59,547 bases of DNA from an uncultured virus (IMG/VR IMGVR_UViG_3300014666_000034). Lineage: Duplodnaviria > Heunggongvirae > Uroviricota > Caudoviricetes. The stretch spans positions 62,001 through 121,547 of the IMG/VR virus record IMGVR_UViG_3300014666_000034; one strand, given 5' to 3'. A program made the translations under genes and the position numbers. This document shows positions 28,696 to 40,327 of this stretch, in pieces; the stretch's first letter is position 1; every line of letters starts with the position of its first letter. The notes under the pieces are model-generated. The model saw nothing but the letters and a program-made list of their open reading frames with translations, was not told the DNA's origin and did no database searches.

Positions 28696-28985
28696 CACCC
28701 ATCAAAATTGGTTTGGCGACTAATGAGATGGTCAACAAAGTGTAATACATAAATTTATCAATTATAAATCCCTAATATTTAAAAACCGAACAGAGAATAT
28801 CTGTACGGGTGCTGAAATAGCTCACCCTTGGTAGAGTATGCCATAAATAGCTGTTTTGACATAGATTTTTCATTATAGAGTGATTTTCTATGTATCGTTT
28901 GGAGACAGACGTTGAAGTTATAGATGTTTTTATATTTTACATATTTAACATACAAAAATTTTAATTAACGGAGGTAATTTATTTA

Positions 28986-30212
28986 ATGAATTTTGAAATG
29001 ACAGGCAAGATTGGACTTAGTAAAGAAACAGAAAAGTTTAAACCATATTTAGAAACAACATATGATTCAGGATGGGTTAAAAGAAAGATTATGTTTAATG
29101 TAATTTGTGGTGATAATAGACACCTGCTTACGGTAGATGCTGGCAGTTTTGCAGATGGACATGGAGATATCTATACTTTCAGCAAAGGTTCTATTGATGA
29201 CAATGGGAATAAAGTAAAAGGTGAGTCTTTAAAAATTCCATTTAAGGATAGACTCACGTCAAAAAAATTGGCAGAAGTTGCAGAGTTCAAAAAGTTTATA
29301 TTTGATTTAGAAAAGCCAGGAAGACGGTATAAACTAGAAAAAGCTGCCGAAAAAATCAAAGAAGGTACAAGTCTTACTGATGAAGAGTTGAAAGAGGTTG
29401 GGTTAGAGAATGAATCAGAGGTAGTAGAAGCTCTTGAAAAGAGTAAGAAGAAGCATCATGAATTTATTTCTGAGTGGGATTTTGCTGAATTTATCAAGAA
29501 AGTTATTGAAAGCGGCAAGTATAAAGACAGTAAATTCTTTATTAGGGGCAATAGCAATTATCAGTATTCAGATAAAAAGCAGCAAGTATATGAAAGTTAT
29601 GTTCCACAGCGAATCTACCTTGCGGCGGAAGATGCCGAAGAGTCTTCAACTGCAACTGTTAAAATTATTTACAATTCCGATAGTCTTGATTCCATGAGTA
29701 TTGAAGAAAAGGGCAAATATTATGTGAATGGCTACATGATGGAATATGATAACAACCGTAAAACTAATATTCCTGTTCCTGTTACAATTACAATTCCTGT
29801 CGCACCAAAAGATGCAAGTGAAAAGGATAAAAAGTTTGTAGAGGGCATTAAGCGAAAATTCACAGTAGAAGATGATACATATAAAGAGCTTGGTATTGAT
29901 ATTAAAATGCTTAATGGTGCTCAGAAGGTTGAAATCACAGATGACATGTTAACAGATGAACAGAAAGAGGATTTAGATTGTGGTCTTATTACTCTTGATG
30001 ATATTCGTTCAGAACTTGGTGGAAGTGTGTATGGAGACAGAATTCAGGAGTATCAGTTTTTGAAGATTGCACGAGGATTTACTAAGAGAAGAAATGAAAC
30101 AGTATACACTGACGATGATATGGTAATCAGACCCATCGAAGAAGAATTACCAGAAGGCACAGAAGATTTGTTTGAGGACGAAGACGTAACAGACAGTGAT
30201 GATGATCTGTAA
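28986..30212 (+). CDS. Putative ssDNA-binding protein
   Basis: First gene of replication operon; highly acidic tail (EDLFEDEDVTDSDDDL). Confidence 0.55.
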   Translation: MNFEMTGKIGLSKETEKFKPYLETTYDSGWVKRKIMFNVICGDNRHLLTVDAGSFADGHGDIYTFSKGSIDDNGNKVKGESLKIPFKDRLTSKKLAEVAEFKKFIFDLEKPGRRYKLEKAAEKIKEGTSLTDEELKEVGLENESEVVEALEKSKKKHHEFISEWDFAEFIKKVIESGKYKDSKFFIRGNSNYQYSDKKQQVYESYVPQRIYLAAEDAEESSTATVKIIYNSDSLDSMSIEEKGKYYVNGYMMEYDNNRKTNIPVPVTITIPVAPKDASEKDKKFVEGIKRKFTVEDDTYKELGIDIKMLNGAQKVEITDDMLTDEQKEDLDCGLITLDDIRSELGGSVYGDRIQEYQFLKIARGFTKRRNETVYTDDDMVIRPIEEELPEGTEDLFEDEDVTDSDDDL

Positions 30213-30273
30213 GATACAGGGGAATTCCTCCCAATTTAAACAAAGTATGAACATAAAAGGAGATTTTTATTAA

Positions 30274-31392
30274 ATGCAGAAACCACAGATTAATGTAATT
30301 AAACCAGATATTAAAAATTTATCAATCTATTTAAGGTCAACTAAGAAATTTGGAAAGACAACACTTTTTAGAGATGTAATTCTTGCAAAATATGGAGATG
30401 CTTCAAGAGGACTTTTGGTTGGTTGTGGGAACGAAGTTGGATATAAAATGCTTGATAACTTAAATGTTACCCAGGTCAAAACATACAAGGATATGATTGA
30501 ACTTTCAGATTGGTTAATCAAAGAAAAGGGGAAAGAGCATAATATTGAAATTATCGCTTTTGATACTGGAGATGAACTTACACTGATTACGGATACTGAG
30601 ACAATCAGGCAGAGTAACATTGAAAACCCGAATAAGAAATGTAAGTCTGTAAAAGCCGCATTTGGTGGATACACAGCAGGAGAAAAATATTCAGCTAATG
30701 ATTTGGTTAAGCCATATATGACAAAGTTGCAAGAAGCTGGATTTGGGGTGTGGGCTATTGCACATACGAAATTCAAGACAATCAAGGAAAAGGGTGGACT
30801 TGAGGAAGATGGTTATATGCAGTTATCTTCTAATATGAGTGCTGATTATGAAGCCGCATTTGGTGATATTTTTGATGTGGTTCTCACCGGTGTAATTGAT
30901 AGAGATTTAGAAGAAAAGAAAGTGGGAGACAAGACTAAGAAATATACAACTGATACTGTTCGTAAGTTGTATTTCAGAGGTACTACTTTGATTGATGCCG
31001 GTGGGCGATTTGCAGATGGAGCCGTACCGGAATATATGATATTTGATAAACCTGATATGGGTTCGGAATTCATTAAAGTTGTAGAAGAGGGAATGGAAAA
31101 ATCTAAGACAACATTTGATAAGCCAAAGACATCAACAAAGTCCAAGAAGGAAGAAAAGAAACCAGATCCACTAGAAGAATCGGCAGATGATATTGATATA
31201 ACACCACCATTTGAAGAAGAAACTAATACTTCCGATTATCCAGATAACCTAGAGGAAGTCATCAGAGTCATGTTCAAGGAGTGCAAGGACAAGGACTTGA
31301 AAGCAGAAGTAAAAGCAATCATCAACTCTTTTGGTAAATTAAATGATTGTGATGACAATGCTTTGAAGGAAATTTATGACAAATTGAAATAG
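30274..31392 (+). CDS. AAA ATPase (Sak4/AAA_24-like recombinase)
   Basis: Walker A-like STKKFGKTT, Walker B IIAFDT, IAH. Confidence 0.7.
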   Translation: MQKPQINVIKPDIKNLSIYLRSTKKFGKTTLFRDVILAKYGDASRGLLVGCGNEVGYKMLDNLNVTQVKTYKDMIELSDWLIKEKGKEHNIEIIAFDTGDELTLITDTETIRQSNIENPNKKCKSVKAAFGGYTAGEKYSANDLVKPYMTKLQEAGFGVWAIAHTKFKTIKEKGGLEEDGYMQLSSNMSADYEAAFGDIFDVVLTGVIDRDLEEKKVGDKTKKYTTDTVRKLYFRGTTLIDAGGRFADGAVPEYMIFDKPDMGSEFIKVVEEGMEKSKTTFDKPKTSTKSKKEEKKPDPLEESADDIDITPPFEEETNTSDYPDNLEEVIRVMFKECKDKDLKAEVKAIINSFGKLNDCDDNALKEIYDKLK

Positions 31393-31460
31393 TTATATTT
31401 ATAAAATAATTAGATTGGGTGGTGTTGCAAGCCACCCAATATTATCAAGGTGGTGGAGAG

Positions 31461-31955
31461 ATGCTTGTCAAATGCAAAATATGTGGAAACAAGGCAGATA
31501 GAAATGAAGCATATAAAGTAGTAGTTGATGGGAAAAATCATTACTACTGTAATAAAAATGAATATAATGAATGGAGAAAAAAGAAAGATATAAAGGATAG
31601 GGTATATAATCTGATTTACGAGATTTTTGATAGAAAAGTAACTAATACAATTCTATACAAAGAAATTGGTGAACTTGCAGATGTTTATACATATGAAAAA
31701 ATATTGGCATATCTCACAGATAATGAAAACTATCTGACAAGCGCCATAAAGAAAAGTTTTGTAAGTGAGTATGCTCAAATTAGATATTTTACAGCAATTT
31801 TAAAGAATAGCTTAACTGATTTTCAATTTGAGCGTGAACCAAAAGTGGAAATCAATAAATTGGATATGCCCGACGTTTCTAACAACCAATTTAGTAGAAA
31901 GAAAAAGAAAAAATCATTGTCGGAATATGAGAAGGAAGTTGGTGAGCAAATATAG
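31461..31955 (+). CDS. Zn-finger replication protein (possible helicase loader/initiator)
   Basis: CKICG...YYC; coupled to helicase. Confidence 0.55.
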   Translation: MLVKCKICGNKADRNEAYKVVVDGKNHYYCNKNEYNEWRKKKDIKDRVYNLIYEIFDRKVTNTILYKEIGELADVYTYEKILAYLTDNENYLTSAIKKSFVSEYAQIRYFTAILKNSLTDFQFEREPKVEINKLDMPDVSNNQFSRKKKKKSLSEYEKEVGEQI

Positions 31956-33505
31956 GTGAATTTTTGACAGGAGTCACTGATAAATACCCTTCACAACTGC
32001 TAAAGGGAAGAGTGGAAGCAGAGGGGAACGTTGTTAGTTGTTTATTCAAAGATATGCTATTACTAGACGAAATCACATTAGAACAGAAAGATTTTATTAC
32101 AAGTGACGGGTTGTTCTATTTTTCATTGCTTAATCAACTAAGAGGAAAAGGATTCTATTCTCTTGATGAAGTTACTATTCTGTCAAATATGAATGAGGAT
32201 GTAATTGAAAGATATGAGTCGAGTGGTGGATGGGATACTATTCAGCACCAAATTGATATTATTAATGAGAAAAATTTTGATACATATATAGATATCTTAT
32301 ATCGAGAAAATATTATTTTACACATGCATGAGGACGGATTTAATCTTTTAAAAAAGATTGACGTCAACGGAAAAGAAATATCACCACTTAGTATGTTCCG
32401 TAAAATGGACGCTGAATCTGTAACAGATTGGTATGAAGCAAGAATTAGTTCTTATGGAACTGGATATTCAAGCAAGATTATTGAGGAAGAAGAAATTGAT
32501 TTTGATGATGAATTTATTAATAATTGCCAAGAAGGATTAGAAAATGGTGTTCCTTTTGATATTGCTGGGTATGACATAAATGGAGAAGAAATGAATTGTT
32601 TCCAATTCTTATCAAGGCAAGTAAATGGATTGTTAGAGGGTACTCTTACCATGATGGGAGGATATAGTAGCACAGGTAAATCTACTTGGTGGGTAACAGT
32701 TATAATGGCACTCCTTTATAGAGATAGGAAAGTGCTGATAATATCTAACGAAGAAAATGTTAAGAAATTCAAAATTAAATTCATGGTTTGGTTGCTTGGC
32801 AAGAGAAACAGATACTTTAAATTAACAAAGAAAAAATTAATGAGCGGAGACTTGAATGCAGAGGACAGAAAACAGTTGTCCTCAGTTCAGGATTATTGGA
32901 GGAAGAACTACAAAGGAAGAGTTAAATTCATTTCATTGGCCGATGCAAATATGTCAACAGTAAAGAAGAAAGCTAGGGAAAATATCCTTAGATATGGATA
33001 CGACACAATATTATATGACACATTCAAACTGGATTTTGACTCTGCTGGCAACACCAGGCAAGATTTATCTCTGATAAAAGATAGCCGTGAGTTGGATTCA
33101 TTATGTAAAAAGTATAATGTAATTGGATTGGCCTCTCTACAGCTTGCTATTAATACAATAGGAAAGTTATTTCTTGACAGTTCTGTTTTATCGAATAGCA
33201 AACAGATAAAAGAAGTTTTAGAAGGATTATATCTTATGCGTAATGTATATGATGAAGAACTAGATCCTGATAATAAAAAATATTATTGTAAACCTTTCAA
33301 ATTAAGAAAGGTAAATGATAAATGGATTCAAGAAGAATATGTGTGTGATAGAAATGCTGTTTGGAGAATGGTATTTCCAGATAAAACTAGAAGCGGGGCA
33401 AATTCATCAGATAATGGAATAGCATATTTGTTAAAGTTTTCAGGAGATCACTGTATCTTTAGAGAGGTAGCACAATGCTATCCTAAACATGGATATATAC
33501 AATAA
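31952..33505 (+). CDS. DnaB-like replicative helicase (probable ATA start)
   Basis: Walker A GYSSTGKST, IISNE, ILYDT, SLQL, K.R. Confidence 0.8.
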   Translation: MGEFLTGVTDKYPSQLLKGRVEAEGNVVSCLFKDMLLLDEITLEQKDFITSDGLFYFSLLNQLRGKGFYSLDEVTILSNMNEDVIERYESSGGWDTIQHQIDIINEKNFDTYIDILYRENIILHMHEDGFNLLKKIDVNGKEISPLSMFRKMDAESVTDWYEARISSYGTGYSSKIIEEEEIDFDDEFINNCQEGLENGVPFDIAGYDINGEEMNCFQFLSRQVNGLLEGTLTMMGGYSSTGKSTWWVTVIMALLYRDRKVLIISNEENVKKFKIKFMVWLLGKRNRYFKLTKKKLMSGDLNAEDRKQLSSVQDYWRKNYKGRVKFISLADANMSTVKKKARENILRYGYDTILYDTFKLDFDSAGNTRQDLSLIKDSRELDSLCKKYNVIGLASLQLAINTIGKLFLDSSVLSNSKQIKEVLEGLYLMRNVYDEELDPDNKKYYCKPFKLRKVNDKWIQEEYVCDRNAVWRMVFPDKTRSGANSSDNGIAYLLKFSGDHCIFREVAQCYPKHGYIQ

Positions 33506-33526
33506 TAAGAAGTAGAGTGGTGAGAT

Positions 33527-34555
33527 ATGTTATCAGAAATTAAAAAGGAGTTAATTAATCACCCTGAAAAACTCAAGGAAGTATTAAAACATTTTGGTTA
33601 TTGTAATGTGGTAGCTAGAACAAAATATTTACAGTTTGGTAGAGATGAATATTCATCAAAAAAGTCTCTAGTTGTTAAACTGGAAAATAACCAGTATCTG
33701 TATGTGACTGATTATGCAAGGAATATTCAAAAAGACTTATTTAGTTATATTAGCGAACAAAGAAAAATTGAATTTTCAGAAGTGCTGCATGGACTAAAAG
33801 GGATATTGGGTATATCTGACTACTGTGAATATTTTAGTAAAAAGGGAATTTTTGGTGGGTTTTATGAACGCATTAGAAAAAAAAGCACATACAAAGTCAA
33901 TACATATAATGAATCCATCTTAGACAATTATGCAAAATACGGCAATTTAAGATTCCTTGAAGATAGCATATCAATAAACACTCAACAGTTTTTTAATATT
34001 AGATATGATGTTGAGTCACAAGGAATTGTAATACCAATATACGATCAAATAGGGCAACTCATAGGTATAAAGATCAGGGTGAATTTTGAGGTTTCAGATG
34101 GTGAGCAGAAATATTACTATTTGATTCCATGTGCAATGTCTCAAACTTTATATGGGTATTCACAGAACTATAACTATTTAGTGGAAAATACAGTGTTTAT
34201 ATTTGAGTCTGAGAAATCAGTAATGCAATGTCATTCATATGGAATAAGGAACTGTGTCGCACTAGGGAGTGGTTCTATTAGTTCAAAACAAGTGCAGATG
34301 ATTTATGAACTAAATCCAAGTAAAGTAATTTTTATGCATGATGTTGGATTTGACTTAGAAAATATTATGAGAAATATCTTATTGGTAAAATCATATTCAA
34401 GATTTTCGGAAATTGAATTAGGGTATTGGAATTACTTTGACTATGGATATGAAGGGAAGATATCTCCCTCTGATTTAGGGAAAGCCGAATTAGAGAGAAT
34501 TATAAATACAGAAATTTTATTGATTGGAGATGATGAAAGCGAAGACAACTTATAA
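33527..34555 (+). CDS. DNA primase (TOPRIM)
   Basis: IVIPIYD..GQLIG...R, LYG, IFESEKS, VALG, MHD; position after helicase. Confidence 0.75.
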   Translation: MLSEIKKELINHPEKLKEVLKHFGYCNVVARTKYLQFGRDEYSSKKSLVVKLENNQYLYVTDYARNIQKDLFSYISEQRKIEFSEVLHGLKGILGISDYCEYFSKKGIFGGFYERIRKKSTYKVNTYNESILDNYAKYGNLRFLEDSISINTQQFFNIRYDVESQGIVIPIYDQIGQLIGIKIRVNFEVSDGEQKYYYLIPCAMSQTLYGYSQNYNYLVENTVFIFESEKSVMQCHSYGIRNCVALGSGSISSKQVQMIYELNPSKVIFMHDVGFDLENIMRNILLVKSYSRFSEIELGYWNYFDYGYEGKISPSDLGKAELERIINTEILLIGDDESEDNL

Positions 34556-36158
34556 TGTGATTTCTGATTGTCGGGGAATGTGTGAGAATGAAATAATAAA
34601 TACAATTATTTCTGATAGAGGAATTAAAGATGTAGAGCATTTTTTGAATCCAAATGAAGGTGATTTGTTGCCTTTGGATTCCTTCGAAAATATTGATATG
34701 GCGAGAAAAATTGTTGAAAATGGAATCGATAGTGGCTCTCGCTTTGGTGTTTTATGGGATACAGATACAGATGGAGCAACATCTGGAGCAATCATGACCA
34801 GATATCTATTGAATTTTACAAAAACTGTGTTTCCATTTATTAATGAGGGAAAAGCCCATGGATTGATAGGACAAGATATTGATAGATTCAATGATTGCGA
34901 TATTGTGATTGTTGTGGATAGTCTGGATAAAGATATAACTCAATATAAAGAATTGGTAACAAGAGGTAAAGAAGTTATAGTCTTAGATCATCATGCCATC
35001 ACTCAAGATGTCCCATATGACAAATATGTCACACTGGTTAGTTCACAGAGAAACTATGATAATCTTGCTCTGTCCGGAGCAGGTGTTGTGTGGAAATTTT
35101 GTAAATACCTTGATCAATATTTTATGGAGGATTATGCGGAAGACTATGTCGATCTGGCGGCCTGTGGACTTGTGGCAGATATGATGGACGTTTCTGAAAA
35201 GAGTATGGAAAACAGATACATAATTGAAATTGGACTAAATCGGATGATAAATCCTGCAATAAAAAAAATTGTCGGTAGTTTTCCCTTTAATAGTACTGCA
35301 ATTTCTTTCAGTATCGCACCTTTGATAAATGCTGCAAACCGTATGAATCAAAACGAATCGGCGATGAGTGCTTTTTTAGCAGACGATAATAAAGAAGTTC
35401 TAAAATATGTAAAAGAATTAAAAAAATGTAAAGAAGAACAAAATATTGAAGTCAAAAACTTGATGGATGATATTATCATTCAGGCAGACGGACAATTAGA
35501 TAAAAAGGTTATATCTGTTTTTATAAATAGTGAAAATGGAATCTCTGGATTGGTTGGGAACAAACTACTTGAAAGATATCAAAGACCTTTGTTGATTTTA
35601 AAAGAGATAGAAATAGGTGGAGAAAAATATTATGCGGGATCTGCAAGAGCAATTGGTATCGATGATTTTAGAAAACTTTGTAATGAAACTGGTGTTGCTG
35701 AAGCAAATGGACATGAGTTGGCATTTGGGATACAGGTAAAGGCAAAAGAATATAGAGATTTTATTTCCAAACTTGAAGAGTCTTTGGAAAACATTGAATT
35801 TAAGATGGCAAGAACTGTGGATATTGAGTTAGATATATTTGATATAACAAGAGATTTAATTGACAAAATTAAGTCTATAGATAAAATATCTGGCACAGGA
35901 TTTAAACCAATAACAGTAAAAGTATCTGATATTACGGAATATGAGGTAGGTAGTATGTCTCAAGGGAAGCATCTTGTATTAAAACCAACAGATTATTTAC
36001 AACTTATCAAATGGAATTGGAATGGTTCATTTGATGATATGGAGGATAATGCGATATTAGAAGAACCAATAACTGTGATTGGTAAATTGGATTCTGGTTG
36101 GTTAGGAAGAACGTTTTCCTTAAAAATAATATGTGATGAAGTAAAGGTGGTGGCATAG
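34533..36158 (+). CDS. recJ: RecJ-like DHH ssDNA exonuclease
   Basis: DTDTDG, LDHH, LSGAGV, VADMM, PLINAANR, GSAR, GH. Confidence 0.85.
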   Translation: MKAKTTYNVISDCRGMCENEIINTIISDRGIKDVEHFLNPNEGDLLPLDSFENIDMARKIVENGIDSGSRFGVLWDTDTDGATSGAIMTRYLLNFTKTVFPFINEGKAHGLIGQDIDRFNDCDIVIVVDSLDKDITQYKELVTRGKEVIVLDHHAITQDVPYDKYVTLVSSQRNYDNLALSGAGVVWKFCKYLDQYFMEDYAEDYVDLAACGLVADMMDVSEKSMENRYIIEIGLNRMINPAIKKIVGSFPFNSTAISFSIAPLINAANRMNQNESAMSAFLADDNKEVLKYVKELKKCKEEQNIEVKNLMDDIIIQADGQLDKKVISVFINSENGISGLVGNKLLERYQRPLLILKEIEIGGEKYYAGSARAIGIDDFRKLCNETGVAEANGHELAFGIQVKAKEYRDFISKLEESLENIEFKMARTVDIELDIFDITRDLIDKIKSIDKISGTGFKPITVKVSDITEYEVGSMSQGKHLVLKPTDYLQLIKWNWNGSFDDMEDNAILEEPITVIGKLDSGWLGRTFSLKIICDEVKVVA

Positions 36159-36159
36159 A

Positions 36160-39100
36160 ATAGGGACTTTAGAATTAATCAAAACAATTATTCCAACGCT
36201 GAATTTTAAATTTCCGTATTCAGCAGAGGATTATGCAGAGAATTTATATCTTGAAAATTATCATTGCCATAAAGATTTTAGCAATACAAGTACACCTGAT
36301 TGTGCAGAATCTATTGAGAATTATGCAAAGTTGACTCATGAATATCAGTCTAAATGTTTGTTTTCAGGAGATCATGGTTCACAAGGAAATCAATTCTTGG
36401 TATATAAAACTTCCGAAAATGAAAAATTAAAATATATTCATTCAACAGAAGCTTATTGGGTGAAGAATCGGTATGAAAAAGATAGAAAAAATTGTCACAT
36501 GGTTATTGTCGCTAAGAATGCAGATGGTAGGGGCGATATCAACTTTGCCCTATCAAGAGCAAATGAGGATGGATATTACTATAAACCAAGAATTGACTTG
36601 GAATTATTGTTTGATATTCCAAAGGATAATGTAATTGTTACCTCTGCGTGTATTGCAGGTTGGAATTACGAAGATGCTGAAGATATTTGGATTAAAATTC
36701 ACAACTATTTTGGCGATAATTTTTATCTCGAAGTTCAACCACATAATACAGATAAACAAAAGAAACTTAACCAGAAGATTCTTAGAATTGCCAAGGATAA
36801 CAATATCCAGATTATAGCTGGCATGGATAGTCACTTTTTAAATGATAAATCATCAGTAAAACGTGATCAGATTCTTAAATATAAGGGAGTAAATTATCCA
36901 GACGAAGAAGGATGGTACATGGATTGGCCGGATACTAAGACGGTAATCCAGAGATTTAAAGAACAAGGTATCTTATCCGAAGAAGATATTTATAGATCTA
37001 TTATGAACACTAATGTGTTTGTAACAGAGTGCAGAGAGATTATTCTTGATAAATCATTCAAAATTCCCACTGTCTATCAAGGTAAGACATATGAAGAAAA
37101 GTGCAAGATATACAAACATGAACTAAATATCGCTTATGCAAAAGAAAAAGAAAAGTCAAAAAAAAAGGCAGATGGAGTAAGGTACGAAGCCAAGGAAGTT
37201 ATGGATTCTGGTGTTGTAGATTATTTCCTAACAAGCAAGGCTATTGTTGATGATGCGGTGAACAATGAGGGAGGTATATTAACAACAACTTCTCGTGGTA
37301 GTGCAGCTTCATTTATTACAAATAAATTATTAGGACTTACAACCGTCGATAGATTCAATGCTGATATCCCTATTTATCCAGAAAGGTTTTTAACAAAAGA
37401 ACGTGTTGTTGCGGGTATGATGCCTGATATTGATTTAAACGTAGCTACTCAAGAACCGTTTGTAAAAGCGACAAGGAAATTATTGGGAGAACATGGCTGC
37501 TATCCATTAATGGCTATAGAAAAACTAAAAGAAAAGGCTGCATGGCAATTATACGCTGGTGCCAATGATGTTAGCCCTGATGATGCAAATCAAATCTCAA
37601 AGTACCTAGATGAATACAACAAAGCATTAAAATATGCTGATGACGAAGAAAAAGATTTGATTTTGGTTGAAGATTATATTCCCGATGATTATTTGGAATT
37701 ATATAAACAAAGTAACGAATATCAGGGGATTACAATCAATTTAAAATGTCATGCCTGTGGACATATAATTTTTAATGGAGATGTTCGTAGAGAAATTGGA
37801 CTCATCAGTGCTGTTTCTGAAACAACTGGTCAAAGAACTCTTTGTGCTGCTATTGAAGGTGGATACCTTGATGAATTTGGATATGTAAAAGAAGATTTTC
37901 TTATTGTTGATAGTGTTTATCTTACATATAAATTTTTTGGCAGTATTGGCATGAAAGTTCCAACATTTGATGAACTTAGAAAAATGATAGACGGAGATAA
38001 ACTCACATGGAAAATATACGAAAAGGGTATCACTTGTTGTGTGAATCAATGTGAAAAAGAAGCTACTACTAATAGGGTTAAGAAATATAAACCACAAAAT
38101 TTACGGGAATTGAGTAGTTTTATAGCCGCTATACGCCCTGGATTTGCATCTCTATTGAGCACATTTTTGAATAGGGATCAGTATACAACAGGAGAATCAA
38201 AAATTGATGACTTACTGTCAGATACTGCTCATTTCATGATATATCAAGAATCAATTATGAAAGTTTTATCATTCCTGAAATTGGAAATGGGAGAAACATA
38301 TGGTGTAATCAAGTCCATTTCAAAGAAAAAATTGAAGGGAGAAAAGAAACAACGCTTATTAAATGAACTGATCACATCATGGAGAGAAGAATTTCATAAC
38401 ACTAATAGTTTTAATAATGTGTGGAATGTTATTGAGGATTCAGCTAGATACGCTTTCAACTCCCCTCATGCTTACAGTATGGGAGGAGATAGTGCATATC
38501 AAGCGTGGTTTAAAGCACATCATACAAAAGAGTTTTATGAGGTCGCCATTAACCACTATCAAGAAAAAAATAAGAAGAACAAAATTGATGCACTCGTGAA
38601 AGAGGCTATAAAGTTTTATGGGTATAAACTAGGAGATTACGAATTTGGAGCAGACAATAGAAAAGTTACAATTGATGAGGAATTTGGATTGATTTATCCT
38701 AATCTATCTAGTATTAAGGGGTTTGGAGAAGGAGTATCTGAAACACTTTTTGAGTTAGGACAAGAAGAATATGACAATTTTACAGATGTCCTGACGATTC
38801 TGTTTTCAAACTCGATAAACAAAACTGTTATTGACAAACTGATTAGAATTAACTATTTCAAAAAATTCGGCGATGTTAATACTCTTTTGTGGATAACAAA
38901 ATATTATGATTTAGTCTTTGAAGCCAAGACCATATCAAAGTCAAAGGCTGAGAAAAACAATCTCTCATTTGATATCTTGAAAAAATACGGAAATGAAACA
39001 GAGAAACAATTCAATAAGATTAATTCAGTCGGTTTGTTAAATGAACTAATTCAGAACATCAAGTATCAAGAATTGACTATAAAAGAACGTCTGGATAATG

Positions 39101-39453
39101 AAAGAGAGGTATTGGGAATTGTATCTAGTTACGAAGAGAAAGCCGATAAGAGATTATATTATGTCTCTGAATTAGAGGTCAAGAAGTCAATTACAAATGT
39201 AAAATTATTTGAAATCTATAGTGGTAAAGCTAGAGAAGTAAAAATGTGGTCGAGTCAGTATACTAGGAGTCACTTCGAATTGGGTGATATTTTATATATA
39301 ACCTGTTTGGAGAAAAAGAACAAAAAAGAGCCAACAGGTGAAATAAATCCAGACACTGGAAAAAAGATTTATAAAGAGATACCTGATAAATTTGAATACT
39401 GGTTGAGCAGATTTATTATAAAAAATGATATTGAAAACGAGGTGGGAGATTGA
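36160..39453 (+). CDS. dnaE: DNA polymerase III alpha subunit (DnaE-type), ATA start upstream of track ORF
   Basis: PHP NYHCH motif lies upstream of 36331; SRGSAA, MPDIDL, HACG, YAFNSPH. Confidence 0.9.
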   Translation: MGTLELIKTIIPTLNFKFPYSAEDYAENLYLENYHCHKDFSNTSTPDCAESIENYAKLTHEYQSKCLFSGDHGSQGNQFLVYKTSENEKLKYIHSTEAYWVKNRYEKDRKNCHMVIVAKNADGRGDINFALSRANEDGYYYKPRIDLELLFDIPKDNVIVTSACIAGWNYEDAEDIWIKIHNYFGDNFYLEVQPHNTDKQKKLNQKILRIAKDNNIQIIAGMDSHFLNDKSSVKRDQILKYKGVNYPDEEGWYMDWPDTKTVIQRFKEQGILSEEDIYRSIMNTNVFVTECREIILDKSFKIPTVYQGKTYEEKCKIYKHELNIAYAKEKEKSKKKADGVRYEAKEVMDSGVVDYFLTSKAIVDDAVNNEGGILTTTSRGSAASFITNKLLGLTTVDRFNADIPIYPERFLTKERVVAGMMPDIDLNVATQEPFVKATRKLLGEHGCYPLMAIEKLKEKAAWQLYAGANDVSPDDANQISKYLDEYNKALKYADDEEKDLILVEDYIPDDYLELYKQSNEYQGITINLKCHACGHIIFNGDVRREIGLISAVSETTGQRTLCAAIEGGYLDEFGYVKEDFLIVDSVYLTYKFFGSIGMKVPTFDELRKMIDGDKLTWKIYEKGITCCVNQCEKEATTNRVKKYKPQNLRELSSFIAAIRPGFASLLSTFLNRDQYTTGESKIDDLLSDTAHFMIYQESIMKVLSFLKLEMGETYGVIKSISKKKLKGEKKQRLLNELITSWREEFHNTNSFNNVWNVIEDSARYAFNSPHAYSMGGDSAYQAWFKAHHTKEFYEVAINHYQEKNKKNKIDALVKEAIKFYGYKLGDYEFGADNRKVTIDEEFGLIYPNLSSIKGFGEGVSETLFELGQEEYDNFTDVLTILFSNSINKTVIDKLIRINYFKKFGDVNTLLWITKYYDLVFEAKTISKSKAEKNNLSFDILKKYGNETEKQFNKINSVGLLNELIQNIKYQELTIKERLDNEREVLGIVSSYEEKADKRLYYVSELEVKKSITNVKLFEIYSGKAREVKMWSSQYTRSHFELGDILYITCLEKKNKKEPTGEINPDTGKKIYKEIPDKFEYWLSRFIIKNDIENEVGD

Positions 39454-39980
39454 AATATTATTATACTGACAAGCAATTGAAGGAACTGGTTTCTCACCTC
39501 GTTATCCTTCATACTACCAATGAGCAGAAGAACCAACATATCTTAGATTATTATGATAAAAGATGTATTAAACACAAAGCAAAAGCTCTAAAGACAGGAG
39601 ACTATTCATTTATGATAGAATCTTGCCCAGAATTAGGATTTGCAAAAGATACATATTTTACAGATGAATTGTGTATTGAAAGAAAGAATTCCGTTGATGA
39701 ATTGGCAGGTAATATCAAAGAACATGATGAGAGATTCTTTAAGGAACTGAACAGGATGATTAATATCAAAAATTCTTATCTTCTAATAGAGAATAATAGA
39801 TTAGATGATATTGTTAGCCATAATTATCGGTCAGAGTACAATGAACTTGCTTTTATTAGAAGATTGTTGGGGGTTCAAAAGGTTGCAAACATTTATATTA
39901 ATTTTATTAATAAAGAGAATATGGGATTTATGATTTATGAGATTTGTTACAGTGCTTTAATGGGGCAGATACTGAAATAA
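39450..39980 (+). CDS. ERCC4-domain nuclease
   Basis: L.TGDY...IERKNSVDELAG...LLIE. Confidence 0.8.
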   Translation: MKYYYTDKQLKELVSHLVILHTTNEQKNQHILDYYDKRCIKHKAKALKTGDYSFMIESCPELGFAKDTYFTDELCIERKNSVDELAGNIKEHDERFFKELNRMINIKNSYLLIENNRLDDIVSHNYRSEYNELAFIRRLLGVQKVANIYINFINKENMGFMIYEICYSALMGQILK

Positions 39981-40033
39981 TTTATATTTTTGCCTTGAAA
40001 CATATTTTTCATCCGAGATTGGAGGTGATCTAT

Positions 40034-40327
40034 ATTAATAAAACTGAAAAGTTTATACAGAATTTTGAACGGTGGAGAGATGCAAATTACAGTTCATCTG
40101 AGCAGAAATTTCGGGAAGACTTACATAAAATATATGACCCATTTATAAAAGAGGTTCAGGCGATTAAAGAGAAATATGGAGTATCAGACAATCAGGCAGC
40201 TTGCTATGTTTCAAATTATTCCGATGATTATATCTGTAAAAGATTTAATGGTGGCTGTAAGGATATTTCGTTATGTGAAAGGATATCGAATGGCAGAAAA
40301 GGTAAGGAAGTACAGGACGAAACATAA
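40034..40327 (+). CDS. Hypothetical protein (probable ATT start)
   Basis: RBS GGAGGTG 6 nt before in-frame ATT. Confidence 0.6.
   Translation: MNKTEKFIQNFERWRDANYSSSEQKFREDLHKIYDPFIKEVQAIKEKYGVSDNQAACYVSNYSDDYICKRFNGGCKDISLCERISNGRKGKEVQDET

Noticed and set aside
28740..28985. Replication origin in the intergenic region before the SSB-like gene
   Set aside because: AT-rich with hairpins, but no iterons or DnaA boxes that I can identify.
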